From the NCBI GenBank assembly GCA_002292285.1, contig DBBP01000027.1:260472-324471 (forward strand): a stretch of 64,000 nt of DNA. The letters run 5' to 3'. Under the pieces are notes generated by a model. The model saw only the letters and a list, made by a program, of their open reading frames with translations, was not told the origin of the DNA and ran no database searches. Origin of the DNA: Proteobacteria bacterium UBA981 (lineage in GTDB: Bacteria > Pseudomonadota > Gammaproteobacteria > Ga0077536). A program made the position numbers and the translations under genes. This document shows positions 1 through 9,901 of this stretch, one piece after another; the stretch's first letter is position 1, and every line of letters begins with the position of its first letter.

Positions 1-1
1 C

Positions 2-760
2 GGCGCGATGCAGCGTGGCTATTGGTTTGCCAATGGCCGCGATGCAGCACAGTTTGAGGCCGTCGAGTCGATCGGATTAAGGGCGGCAGAACGGACGGCC
101 GCGAAAATTGGCGCACGAAAAATCGCGACGACAGAAATGCCGGTGTTATTCGAACCGCGCCTCGCTGCGGGATTGATCGGTCATTTACTTGGCGCGATTT
201 CCGGCGGCGCGCAGTATCGCAAAGCGTCCTTCCTGCTCGATGCCCTGGGCGAAGCTGTACTCCCTGCGCAACTCGACTTGGTTGAACGGCCACATATTCA
301 CGGTGCCACGGCCAGCGCGCCGTTCGACGGCGATGGCGTTGCGACTTTCGATAAAACCATCGTCGAGGGGGGGCGCCTGGCGAGCTACATACTCAGCGGA
401 TATTCGGCGCGTCGTCTGGGTCTGGAACCAACTGGCAATGCCGGTGGTACACATAATCTCCTACTGACACCGGGTACGCGTAGCTTCGAAGAAATTATCG
501 CTTCGCTGGATCGCGCGTTGCTGGTCACCGACCTGATGGGTTTTGGTGTCAATGCCGTGACGGGCGATTATTCGCGTGGGGCAAGCGGGTTTCTTGTCGA
601 AAATGGCGAGATAGCCTACCCGGTTGAAGAGATCACGATCGCCGGGAACCTGAAAGACATCCTGCTCGGCATTGTTGAGGTCGGGGCCGACGTCGACAAC
701 AGCCTCAGTTTGCGCACCGGGTCGATTCTTGTCGACCGCCTCGCGATCGCAGGCAACTAG
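2..760 (+). CDS. pmbA: PmbA/TldD-family metalloprotease modulator, C-terminal part (5' end lies outside the window)
   Basis: ORF 8..760 ends at a stop; translation (…GGTHNLLLTPG…GDYSRGASGFLVENGEI…) matches the PmbA/TldE C-terminal region; the frame stays open to the window edge. Confidence 0.75.
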   Translation, partial: GAMQRGYWFANGRDAAQFEAVESIGLRAAERTAAKIGARKIATTEMPVLFEPRLAAGLIGHLLGAISGGAQYRKASFLLDALGEAVLPAQLDLVERPHIHGATASAPFDGDGVATFDKTIVEGGRLASYILSGYSARRLGLEPTGNAGGTHNLLLTPGTRSFEEIIASLDRALLVTDLMGFGVNAVTGDYSRGASGFLVENGEIAYPVEEITIAGNLKDILLGIVEVGADVDNSLSLRTGSILVDRLAIAGN

Positions 761-1093
761 ATTTTGTCAGCATCGTTATCAGCGATGCGCACCGGGTCGA
801 TTTTGCACTTTTGATCCGGGCAAGATAACGACTCCGTAACTCGGACAGGCAACTCACAATTACCTTGCTGGAGTGTGGCGCGAGTCGTGATCTCTCCTGC
901 CAGGTAGTACGCAATCCGAGGCGTAGCGACTCGCGCTCTGCATACGCGTTGGTTAAGCTTCGGGCTTCCTGCGCGCGCGGCGCAAAGAAATGCGATCCGC
1001 GAATTACGCTGGCCTGGCCTGCGCGGCAAACGATCTGGAACTGGCCGCCGCAAACATTAGCCTAAGCGGTCGCGTGCACTGTTCAACCAATGG

Positions 1094-2071
1094 ATGACCA
1101 CTACCGTGACAGTTCTTGAGAGCCGAAACCCAGCTGCCGGCAGCGCCCTCGACACCCGCGATCAGATTCAGAACGCTATCACGCAGGCGGGGCGCGTGGT
1201 GGTCGGGAAGTCGAACGAGATTCGTCTGGCATTAACCTGCCTGCTCGCGCGGGGACACCTGCTTATTGAGGATCAGCCTGGCGTCGGTAAGACCACCCTC
1301 GCGCATCTGCTTGCGCGGCTCCTCGGGCTCGATTTTCAACTTGTGCAGTTCACCAGCGATTTGCTGCCCGCGGACGTCACCGGGGTTTATGTCTACGATC
1401 GTGACAGCAGCAAATTCATTTTTCACCCCGGGCCGATATTTACTAACGTTGTTCTCGCCGACGAAATCAATCGCGCTACGCCGCGTGCTCAAAGCGCGCT
1501 GCTTGAAGCGATGGAAGAGCAACAGGTCACAATAGAAAACGAGACTCATTTGCTCGCCAAGCCGTTCTTCGTCATCGCGACGCAAAACCCCGTTGAGCAA
1601 GTGGGGACGTTTCCGCTACCAGAATCGCAACTCGACCGCTTCCTGATGCGCATCTCACTTGGTTATCCGGATTGGCGCTCCGAGCGGGCGTTGCTGACCG
1701 GCGAGGATCGACGCGCAATGCTGGCCGGACTGGCGCCACTTCTTGATGCCGGTTCGCTACTTGCCCTGCAAGCCCAGGTTCAACGCATTCACCTTTCCGA
1801 TCCGCTGCTCGATTACGTCCAGGATTTAATCGCCTATACGCGCCAATCCGGAGCGTTCGTTACCGGGCTGTCACCTCGCGCCGGGCTCGCCCTGATACGT
1901 GCGGCAAGCGCCTGGGCTATGGTCGACGGCCGCACCCATGCTCTACCGGACGACATTCAGGCCGTGCTGCCAGCAGTGATCGAACACCGTCTGCGTACCG
2001 TCCAGGACCAGCGCACCCGCGAGCCAGGTTATGTGAGCGAGACCCTGCTTAACGCAGTGCCGATCCCGTGA
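1094..2071 (+). CDS. MoxR-family AAA+ ATPase
   Basis: Walker A GVGKTT, Walker B VVLADEINRA, MoxR-like C-terminus; first gene of a translationally coupled triad. Confidence 0.85.
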   Translation: MTTTVTVLESRNPAAGSALDTRDQIQNAITQAGRVVVGKSNEIRLALTCLLARGHLLIEDQPGVGKTTLAHLLARLLGLDFQLVQFTSDLLPADVTGVYVYDRDSSKFIFHPGPIFTNVVLADEINRATPRAQSALLEAMEEQQVTIENETHLLAKPFFVIATQNPVEQVGTFPLPESQLDRFLMRISLGYPDWRSERALLTGEDRRAMLAGLAPLLDAGSLLALQAQVQRIHLSDPLLDYVQDLIAYTRQSGAFVTGLSPRAGLALIRAASAWAMVDGRTHALPDDIQAVLPAVIEHRLRTVQDQRTREPGYVSETLLNAVPIP

Positions 2072-3027
2072 ACGCCGCAGCCGCGCCAGCGAGCGAGATC
2101 CAGCTTCTCGACCGTCGACGTGTGTATATTTTTCCAAGCCGGCCGGGCTTCATTCTCGCGCTGATGCTGATCATCATCCTGCTCGGCGCGATCAACTACG
2201 ACAACGCACTGGCCTATCTGCTGGCATTCCTGCTCAGCGGCCTCGTCATGGTTGCCATGCTACATACTTTCGCCAATCTGGCCGGGTTGCGTTTCCTTGG
2301 CGCACGGGCAGAACCTGTTTTTGTCGGCGACCGGGCTCAGTTCGAATGTCTGTTGGACAACGATAGTGGACGACACCGGCTACAGTTATTCCTCAAACAT
2401 TGGCCGCGCAAACTCAATCGCCATCAGCGCCGCTACCTTCGCCAGTTCGAAACTCGCTTCAACATTTCCGCCCGCACGCTCGGTAGCGCCAGTGTTGCGG
2501 TCGATGCCGAGCGTCGTGGCTGGCTGGCGCTCGAGCGCGTGACGCTGCACAGCCAATTTCCACTTGGCATCCTGCGCGCTTGGGCTTATTTCCAATCGGA
2601 CGCGCGCTGCCTGGTTTATCCGCTGCCGCGCGGCGATCTACCGCTACCCGTGGCCAGCGCTGCGGCGACGGGCAGCGCCGCCCAAACGGATCTCGGCAAC
2701 GACGACTTTGCCGGCCTCAGACCGTATCGGCCGGGTGATCCGGTACGCGCGATAGCGTGGAAAAGTCTGGCTAAAGATCAGCAATTGATGGTCAAACGAT
2801 TTCACGGCCAGACCACCGCGCGTTTATGGTTGGAGTGGTCCGCCGTCTCTGCGATATCGGGGACCGAAGCACGCCTGTCGCAACTCACTGCGTGGGTGCT
2901 AGAGGCGGAACAACGAGGCTCGAGTTACGGTCTCGACATCCCTGACATCCACATCGAATTCGGCTACGGGCAGCAGCACCGAGACGCTTGTTTGCGCGCG
3001 CTCGCGTTGTTTAAACCGCGGGTATGA
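2068..3027 (+). CDS. DUF58 domain protein (MoxR partner)
   Basis: GTG start overlaps the moxR stop (GTGA); DUF58 signature …DDFAGLRPYRPGDPVRAIAWK…. Confidence 0.8.
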   Translation: MNAAAAPASEIQLLDRRRVYIFPSRPGFILALMLIIILLGAINYDNALAYLLAFLLSGLVMVAMLHTFANLAGLRFLGARAEPVFVGDRAQFECLLDNDSGRHRLQLFLKHWPRKLNRHQRRYLRQFETRFNISARTLGSASVAVDAERRGWLALERVTLHSQFPLGILRAWAYFQSDARCLVYPLPRGDLPLPVASAAATGSAAQTDLGNDDFAGLRPYRPGDPVRAIAWKSLAKDQQLMVKRFHGQTTARLWLEWSAVSAISGTEARLSQLTAWVLEAEQRGSSYGLDIPDIHIEFGYGQQHRDACLRALALFKPRV

Positions 3028-5006
3028 ATTCGTCAACGCTGTCATCGCGAGAAGTGCTGTGGGCCGCCAGCGCGCTTCTGTTCGGATTGGCACCGCATAT
3101 GCAGCGCTTTCCGCTGGCCTTGACGCTGATGTTTATTGCGGCGGTGTTGTGGCGCGTACTCGGGTCCATGCAACGTTTGCCGTTGCCGGAACGGGCGCAC
3201 TTGCTACTTTGGCTGACCAAGCAAGGGTTCGCGGTCGCCGCGTTTGTATCTGTCTACATCGCCTACCACGGTCAGCTCGGCCGCGAGGCCGGCGTTGAGT
3301 TGCTGGCCGCACTGCTCGGCCTGAAATTACTGGAGATGCACAACGACCGTGATTACTACGTGGTGACATTCCTGTGCTATTTCCTGGTCGTGACGAACTT
3401 CTTCTACTCACAAACCATGCTGACAGCGCTGTACATGCTGGCGCTAGTCATTTTTATTACCGCCACACTGATTCAGTTCAACACACCCGTCGGGTACCGC
3501 AACAACCGCACCATCGCTCAGCTCGCGGCGCTCATGACGGCTCAGGCGGTGCCGTTGATGCTGGTCAGTTTTGTGTTGTTCCCGCGCATCCCCGGGCCAA
3601 TCTGGGGCCTGCCGCAAGACGCTTTTGACGGTGTGTCAGGGCTGAGTGAAACCATGCAGGTCGGCCAGATTGCGCGCCTCGGCTTGTCGGACGAGACTGC
3701 CTTCAGGGTTCGCTTCCTGAACGAGGAGCCGCGCGCGCGTGATTTGTATTGGCGCGGCCCGGTGTTGTGGAATACCGATGGCGAAACGTGGACCGCCGGC
3801 GATGCCGGTGATGGGCCGCGGACAGATGTCGAACAACTCGGTCCGGTATACGACTACACCATCACCCTTGAACCGCACCGTCTGCACTGGCTGATCGGTC
3901 TGGAAATGGTTGTGGCGAGCAAAATCAACGCACGACGCACCAGCGATCACCGGCTCGTATCACCCAAGCGCGTGCGCAGGCGGCTGAATTATGAACTGAG
4001 TTCGGTGGTCGATTTCCGCAGCAAAGAGATCAGTGACCACGAGCGTCGCGTTGCGTTGGCCTTGCCGCCCGGATGGCATCCCCGTGCGCGCGAAATGGGC
4101 GAGCGGTGGCGCGCCATCGACTCGACACCGGCGGCAGTGGCTGCACGGGCGCTGGACTTTTTTCGTCAACAGGAATTTTACTATTCACTGACCCCACCGC
4201 TGCTGCCGAACGATTCAGTAGACGAGTTTCTGTTCGACACGCGCGAGGGGTTCTGCGAACACTTCGCAAGTAGCTTTGTGGTCCTGATGCGCGCGGCCGG
4301 CGTCCCCGCCCGCGTTGTCACCGGCTACCAGGGCGGTGAACACAACTCCGTCGGTGATTACATGATTGTGCGGCAGCGCGATGCCCACGCCTGGGCAGAA
4401 ATATATGACCCGGAGCGTGGCTGGCTGCGCGTCGACCCGACCGCCGCAGTTGCCCCGGAGCGCGTATCGCTCGGCATCGATACGACGCTGCCGCGCCGCT
4501 CAGGACTGGCGGCAATCGGGCGTGATGGTGTGGCCTCGGCGTTTTGGTTACGTCTGCGGGATTCATTCGACGCGGTCACTTACGGATGGAATCAGTGGGT
4601 ATTGGGCTACACCCCGCAACAGCAGGAGCGCTTACTTGAGGATCTCGGACTGGAAGATTGGGATTACGGCAATCTGGTCTTCGCGCTAACCCTGACACTT
4701 GCGGCTGCGATGCTGATTCTCGCCTGGTTGTTGATTCGCAGCGAGCGCATGAAACACGATTTGGCCCAGCAGGCTTGGCTGCATTTCTGCGCTAAACTCG
4801 CGCGGGTCGGATTATATAGACGTGCTTCGGAAGCGCCCCTGGCTTACGCGCATCGGGTCAGACGCGAGCGTGCGGATCCTGCTGGGGAGGTCACGCAAAT
4901 CACCCGGCTTTACACCCAAACTCGCTATGGCAGAGTCCCCCTCGATGCTCGCCAACTGATGAGCCGCGTGCGACGCTTCAAGCCTTCTCGCCCATCGCGT
5001 GAGTAA
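3024..5006 (+). CDS. Transglutaminase-like membrane protein (TgpA-like: DUF3488 N-terminal TM region plus transglutaminase core)
   Basis: ATGA overlap with the upstream stop; multiple N-terminal TM helices; core motif …GFCEHFASSFVVLMRAAGVPARVVTGYQGGE…. Confidence 0.8.
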   Translation: MNSSTLSSREVLWAASALLFGLAPHMQRFPLALTLMFIAAVLWRVLGSMQRLPLPERAHLLLWLTKQGFAVAAFVSVYIAYHGQLGREAGVELLAALLGLKLLEMHNDRDYYVVTFLCYFLVVTNFFYSQTMLTALYMLALVIFITATLIQFNTPVGYRNNRTIAQLAALMTAQAVPLMLVSFVLFPRIPGPIWGLPQDAFDGVSGLSETMQVGQIARLGLSDETAFRVRFLNEEPRARDLYWRGPVLWNTDGETWTAGDAGDGPRTDVEQLGPVYDYTITLEPHRLHWLIGLEMVVASKINARRTSDHRLVSPKRVRRRLNYELSSVVDFRSKEISDHERRVALALPPGWHPRAREMGERWRAIDSTPAAVAARALDFFRQQEFYYSLTPPLLPNDSVDEFLFDTREGFCEHFASSFVVLMRAAGVPARVVTGYQGGEHNSVGDYMIVRQRDAHAWAEIYDPERGWLRVDPTAAVAPERVSLGIDTTLPRRSGLAAIGRDGVASAFWLRLRDSFDAVTYGWNQWVLGYTPQQQERLLEDLGLEDWDYGNLVFALTLTLAAAMLILAWLLIRSERMKHDLAQQAWLHFCAKLARVGLYRRASEAPLAYAHRVRRERADPAGEVTQITRLYTQTRYGRVPLDARQLMSRVRRFKPSRPSRE

Positions 5007-5025
5007 CGCTAAACTTATCGCGTCA

Positions 5026-6765
5026 CTACATTGCATCGAAGCCAGCGGCATACAACCGCGCATAGGCTCCGTTAGCATCGACTAATTGCTGATGCGCACC
5101 CGTTTCAACAATACGGCCGTTTTCAAGTACGACAATACGATCCGCCTGCACAATCGTCGACAATCGGTGGGCCACAGTCAGGCTGGTGCGCCCCTGGCGC
5201 AAGGTCTCGAGGGCACCCTGTACGAGGCGTTCGGCCTCGTTATCCAGTGCTGCCGTTGCTTCATCGAGGATAAGAATGGGTGCGTTTTTTAACAGCGCAC
5301 GGGCGATCGCCACGCGCTGCCGCTGGCCACCCGACAGACGCAGCCCGTTTTCGCCGACCGGTGTATGCAAACCCTCTGCTAAATCCGCCGCGAATGCCAA
5401 CACCTGCGCTTGCTCGGCTGCCGCCTCAACTGCAGCAGCCGACGCGGATGCATTCGCGCCATAGGCTATATTGTTGAATATTGAATCGTTGAACAACACG
5501 ATGTTCTGGCCGACGTAGGCGATATGGGCGCGTAAGGCCGGTAACGACCACTCACTAATCGGACGTCCATCGAGTAGCAACTGGCCGGCGGTCGGCTCGT
5601 AGAAGCGCGGTACAAGATTCGCCAGGGTAGTTTTTCCTGCCCCCGATCGCCCAACCAGTGCGATGCTTTCACCCGCCTTGATGTGTAAACAAACGTCGCT
5701 GAGTGCCGTACGCTCACCGTAGATAACGTTTATGTTTTCGAAAGTCAGATCGCCACGCGGGCGATCGGTACGGCTGCCGCCATCGCTTTCAACCTCCGCA
5801 TCGATCAGGCCGAACACCGATTCTGATGCTGCGATGCCCCGCTGCAGAAATTCGTTCACCGCGGCAAGCCTTTTCGTCGGCGGCAGCAATAAGGCGGTCG
5901 CGGTCACGAACGCGATGAAATCGCCGCGCGTCATCCCGCCGGCGGCAGCCTCACGCAGGGCGAAGACGATCATCATCCCGATCCCGAGCGCAACAATGAG
6001 CTGAATCAAGGGGACCATGATCGCGCTGGTCTGAACGACCTTCATATGAAACTTGCGCGCGCCATTTATTGCGTCGGCAAATCGCGCCGCCTCATAGGCA
6101 AAGCCATCGAATACCTTAATTTCGCGCTGGCCGCGAATTGCCTCTTCGGCAACCTGATTAATCTCGCCAACAGAATCTTGCAGGCGCCGACTGGTGTCGC
6201 GCATGCGTCGCGATACCCGCCCGACGATAAAACCGATGGGTGGTGCAAAAAACAACAGAAACAGAGCTAGCCGCCAGTTGAGGTAGAACAAATAGCTGAG
6301 TAACACGACGATAACCGCCGAATCCTTAATCAAAACAGTCAACACACGGGTCGTTGCCTGGGCCAGTTGGGTCACGTCAAAGGTAAATTTCGAAATCAGC
6401 TCACCAGCGCCGTGAGCGTCGAAGAAGGGTGCCGGTAATCGCGCTAGGGTTTGGAACATGCGCGCACGCAAATCCATGATGGTGCGCTGGGCGACCCAAT
6501 GGAGGCTCACGGTGCCGGCATAGCTGAGCAGTCCGCGCAGAGCGAATAAACCGACCAACAGAACTGGGGTTAGATACACCTGCGTGCCACCCGCCAGTTC
6601 AAAGTCTCTATCGATCAGCGGTTTAAGCAGCGCCGGGAGCATCCATTCGGTCGCCGCGAGCGCCAGCATAGCGACAATCGAAAGCGTAAACAGACGCCAG
6701 TACGGGCGTACAAACCCGAGTAATCTCAAATAGATACTGACGGAATGGGGATCGCGTAGAAGCAT
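5026..6765 (-). CDS. msbA: ABC exporter, fused permease/ATPase (MsbA-like lipid A flippase)
   Basis: Six-TM N-terminal domain, Walker A GRSGAGKTT, signature LSGGQRQRVAIARALL; internal Met (MLLRDPHSVSIYLRLLGFVRPYW) chosen over the 618-aa ORF start to give a typical ~580-aa MsbA. Confidence 0.7.
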   Translation of the reverse strand: MLLRDPHSVSIYLRLLGFVRPYWRLFTLSIVAMLALAATEWMLPALLKPLIDRDFELAGGTQVYLTPVLLVGLFALRGLLSYAGTVSLHWVAQRTIMDLRARMFQTLARLPAPFFDAHGAGELISKFTFDVTQLAQATTRVLTVLIKDSAVIVVLLSYLFYLNWRLALFLLFFAPPIGFIVGRVSRRMRDTSRRLQDSVGEINQVAEEAIRGQREIKVFDGFAYEAARFADAINGARKFHMKVVQTSAIMVPLIQLIVALGIGMMIVFALREAAAGGMTRGDFIAFVTATALLLPPTKRLAAVNEFLQRGIAASESVFGLIDAEVESDGGSRTDRPRGDLTFENINVIYGERTALSDVCLHIKAGESIALVGRSGAGKTTLANLVPRFYEPTAGQLLLDGRPISEWSLPALRAHIAYVGQNIVLFNDSIFNNIAYGANASASAAAVEAAAEQAQVLAFAADLAEGLHTPVGENGLRLSGGQRQRVAIARALLKNAPILILDEATAALDNEAERLVQGALETLRQGRTSLTVAHRLSTIVQADRIVVLENGRIVETGAHQQLVDANGAYARLYAAGFDAM

Positions 6766-6896
6766 CCGTCTAATATGCCCGTGGCGCGGAAAATTTGCAC
6801 CACGGGCGATTCGGGATGCGTATTCTGGTGGACCCGGTGGCGGCACTTTACAATAGGGCCAACCGCGCCGCCGAGCGCCCACAGGATTCCTACTTT

Positions 6897-7790
6897 ATGT
6901 CAGAACGCCATCCCATCGTCGCCGCAACCGGCTCATCGGGCGCCGGAACCAGCAGTGTGACAACCGCGTTCGAGCATATCTTCCGTCGCGAAGGCATTAA
7001 TCCCGCGATTATCGAAGGCGACAGCTTCCACCGCTTTGATCGCGCCGAGATGGAAAAACAGGTCGAACAGGCGGAGCAACGAGGCGAGACGCTGACCCAT
7101 TTTGGCCCGTCGGGGAATTTACTCGGCGAATTGGAAACGCTGTTCTGCACTTACGCCGAGAACGGCAGTGGTAAACGGCGCCACTATGCCCACACCAATA
7201 AAGACGAGCGCTTACACGGTGCCAGACCGGGCGAATTTACTGATTGGGCGCCGCTACCGCGCGATACCGACTTACTGTTTTATGAAGGCTTGCATGGTGG
7301 TTTTGCTGGCGGCGAGGCGGATATCGCCCGCTATGTGGATTTGCTGATCGGTGTGGTGCCGATTATCAACCTCGAATGGGTGCAGAAAATTCACCGGGAC
7401 AGAAAGGTACGCGGCTATTCCATCGAGGCAGCGACACAAATGATCCTGAGCCGCATGCCCGATTATGTGCACTACATCTGTCCCCAGTTTTCCCGCACTG
7501 ACGTCAATTTCCAGCGCGTCCCGACTATCGATACCGCGAATCCGTTCACGCTGGAAGAAATTCCGTCCAACGATGAAAGCATGGTGGTGGTACATATTTC
7601 GAATCGACGCAAAATTGCGCCGGATTACCGCTATCTTCTCGAAATGTTGCAAGGGTCGTTCATGTCCAAGCCAGACACCATCGTCGTTCCGGCCGGCAAG
7701 ATGGTGTTCGCGATGGAATTACTCTTGAACCCAGTCATCGAACGAATGATCGAACGCCGTGATATGGTCCGCAAACCCAGCGCCGCGTAA
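6897..7790 (+). CDS. prkB: Phosphoribulokinase
   Basis: Strong match to bacterial PRK/PrkB (…IVAATGSSGAGTSSV…EGDSFHRFDR…LFYEGLHGG…NLEWVQKIHRD…PQFSRTDVNFQRVPTIDTANPF…); ATG at 6897 follows an AGGA RBS; the ORF track's upstream start was rejected. Confidence 0.85.
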   Translation: MSERHPIVAATGSSGAGTSSVTTAFEHIFRREGINPAIIEGDSFHRFDRAEMEKQVEQAEQRGETLTHFGPSGNLLGELETLFCTYAENGSGKRRHYAHTNKDERLHGARPGEFTDWAPLPRDTDLLFYEGLHGGFAGGEADIARYVDLLIGVVPIINLEWVQKIHRDRKVRGYSIEAATQMILSRMPDYVHYICPQFSRTDVNFQRVPTIDTANPFTLEEIPSNDESMVVVHISNRRKIAPDYRYLLEMLQGSFMSKPDTIVVPAGKMVFAMELLLNPVIERMIERRDMVRKPSAA

Positions 7791-7874
7791 GCATAGGGCG
7801 GAACCCGCGCTGCCCGAAATTGCATGCGACGCCGTTATACTGACGCCGGCATACTGTCGCAAAAGGTGAGGTAG

Positions 7875-8612
7875 ATGCGCTCAATTCTGGTTTTAAACGC
7901 AAAAGGTGGCAGCGGCAAGACGACCGTTGCGACAAACTTGGCCGGATATTACGCCGCAGAAGGCACGAAAGTCGCATTGGTTGACTGCGATCCTCAGGGA
8001 TCGAGCCTCGACTGGTTGGCGCAACGACCGGCAGACTACCCGCCGATTGCCGCCATCGAAGCGCCGGACATGCGGATTCGGGTGCCGCGCAAAACCGATG
8101 TTGTCATCATCGATGCGCCGTCCCGCACCCACGACGAGGAGCAACTCGTCGCCCTGTTACGCCGCGCGCAGACCGTTGTCATCCCGGTTGTGCCGTCACC
8201 CATCGACATCCGCGCAGCCGAACGTTTCCTCGTCGAGCTAGGGGAAGTTCGGGCACTGGTGAAAAATGACATCAAAATCGCGACCGTCGCCAGCCGCGTC
8301 CGTGACAATGGGCATATTACGGACGCGCTGGAAGACTTCCTGTACGCCCTGAAACTGCCGTCTGGTCGACGCTTTCCATTTCTGACCCTGCTTAAGCAAA
8401 GTTCGAATTACATGAAGGCGGCTGAACGCGGGATCTCGATCTTTGAGTTTGCTCCCCTCGCCACTGCCGCAGACCGCGAGTACTGGCGGCCACTATTACG
8501 CTGGTTGGCGAGTTCGCGCAGCCTGCCGGCGAAGGTCGCGGAGAAGAAGAAAAGGCAGGGACGGGTACCGGCAAAAACGCGGGCAAAAAGAACCCAGACG
8601 CCGGAAAAATAG
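7875..8612 (+). CDS. ParA/MinD-family P-loop ATPase (orphan) with a Lys/Arg-rich C-terminal tail
   Basis: Deviant Walker A NAKGGSGKTT with the signature lysine; RBS aaaggtgaggtag before the ATG; C-terminus …KKKRQGRVPAKTRAKRTQTPEK; no ParB-like partner nearby. Confidence 0.75.
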   Translation: MRSILVLNAKGGSGKTTVATNLAGYYAAEGTKVALVDCDPQGSSLDWLAQRPADYPPIAAIEAPDMRIRVPRKTDVVIIDAPSRTHDEEQLVALLRRAQTVVIPVVPSPIDIRAAERFLVELGEVRALVKNDIKIATVASRVRDNGHITDALEDFLYALKLPSGRRFPFLTLLKQSSNYMKAAERGISIFEFAPLATAADREYWRPLLRWLASSRSLPAKVAEKKKRQGRVPAKTRAKRTQTPEK

Positions 8613-8668
8613 TCTTGCGGCAGGCAGCACCGCCGCGTCCGGCGGACAGCTAATCTGGCCGCCGGGCG

Positions 8669-9901
8669 CTAGGTTGCCGGAGATGCCAGAGCGGGCTCCG
8701 GGGCGGACAAAAGTGGCAGGCTACGAGCACCTGTGGCGAGCTCAAGGCCTCGGCGTCGGTGCGCTAGAGCTGCGTCCGGATCGTTCGTCCCATCGGCGAT
8801 TTCAGCCAGTAACTGGTGAAGCAACGGACTCGGCGTAACCGTCAGTAGCCCTTCGAGCTGTTCGCGAGCTTGGCCCCACAGCTCCGCCCGGATTGCCTGC
8901 CGGGCGCGCGCAAGCCGCAATCCTGGGTCGTCACCACGCGTCACTGACCACGTTTCGAGTTTAAGCAGCTGCCGCGCCGGTGGGTCACAGGGAATTTCAC
9001 CGTAGAGTTCGACTAGCTGCGAATCCCACGCGCGCTCAAGTTGTTTGCGTACCAGGGTTTCCGCTTCATCAACGGCATCATGTCGGCACAAACCGCGCAC
9101 GTAGGCTCCAAGAACGACGCTCGAGCTCCGCAGATTCTTGCTCAATCCGCGCCAGCGCGCCTTCAATTGCTCGATATTCTGGCCGCGCGCATCGAGCAGG
9201 TTCATCGCGCATTGACGCTCCAGTGCATTCACCTCATCAAGACCCAGCACATGATCGCGTCGCAGATCGGGGATCAGGGCTAATAAGGTCTCGTCGTCAC
9301 GTTTGTGCCGACAAATAGCCATGTGTAATTTGAGCACCTGAGCATTGCCGATTTCACTGGCACGTAGTTTCTCAACCAGGGTGGCGGCGGCATCTACCTG
9401 GCCGTCTTCGAGTAACCATTCCGCTCGTTTGACGTCGATCGCATTGCGAATCAGCGGATTGTTCTCTTGTGCCAACGACAAATAGTTTTCGCGCCGAGCC
9501 GATGCGGACAGCGACTCCGCCGCATAGGCTGCGGCGAGATAATGAACTTCGGGTTGATGCTGGTCGTCGATATTGCGCGTAAACAGCCGTTCCGCGCTGG
9601 CAAAATCGCCACTCGCCATCGCCACAATGCCACGCCCCAGGCCATCGCTGGCGCGCTCATGACGCTGACGCTGCGACCACTGCTGCCAGCGTGTGCGCAA
9701 TCGGCTGGTGCTGCCGAGGACTTTCAGCAATACGAACAATGCGCCAACCGCGACTAACATCACGAGAGCAAAAAACGCGAACGTGGTGCGCAGGACCTTG
9801 CCACCGTAGCCAATCACAATAAAGCCAGGATCGTCGGCCACGTAGTGGCCAGCGACTACCGCAACAATCAGGGCAAGCAGGGCGAGCAGCAGGAGCTTCA
9901 T
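8669..9901 (-). CDS. hemY: HemY N-terminal-domain protein (protoporphyrin/heme biogenesis TPR membrane protein)
   Basis: Two N-terminal TM helices and a HemY_N-like region; ATGA start overlaps the hemX stop; sits in the hemCDXY order. Confidence 0.8.
   Translation of the reverse strand: MKLLLLALLALIVAVVAGHYVADDPGFIVIGYGGKVLRTTFAFFALVMLVAVGALFVLLKVLGSTSRLRTRWQQWSQRQRHERASDGLGRGIVAMASGDFASAERLFTRNIDDQHQPEVHYLAAAYAAESLSASARRENYLSLAQENNPLIRNAIDVKRAEWLLEDGQVDAAATLVEKLRASEIGNAQVLKLHMAICRHKRDDETLLALIPDLRRDHVLGLDEVNALERQCAMNLLDARGQNIEQLKARWRGLSKNLRSSSVVLGAYVRGLCRHDAVDEAETLVRKQLERAWDSQLVELYGEIPCDPPARQLLKLETWSVTRGDDPGLRLARARQAIRAELWGQAREQLEGLLTVTPSPLLHQLLAEIADGTNDPDAALAHRRRGLELATGARSLPLLSAPEPALASPAT

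Noticed and set aside
5026-6882. 618-aa version of the ABC exporter ORF
   Set aside because: The first 39 codons (MGARRRGWPYCKVPPPGPP…) are Arg/Pro-rich and not MsbA-like. The internal Met gives the canonical ~580-aa protein and a sensible spacing from the divergent prk gene.
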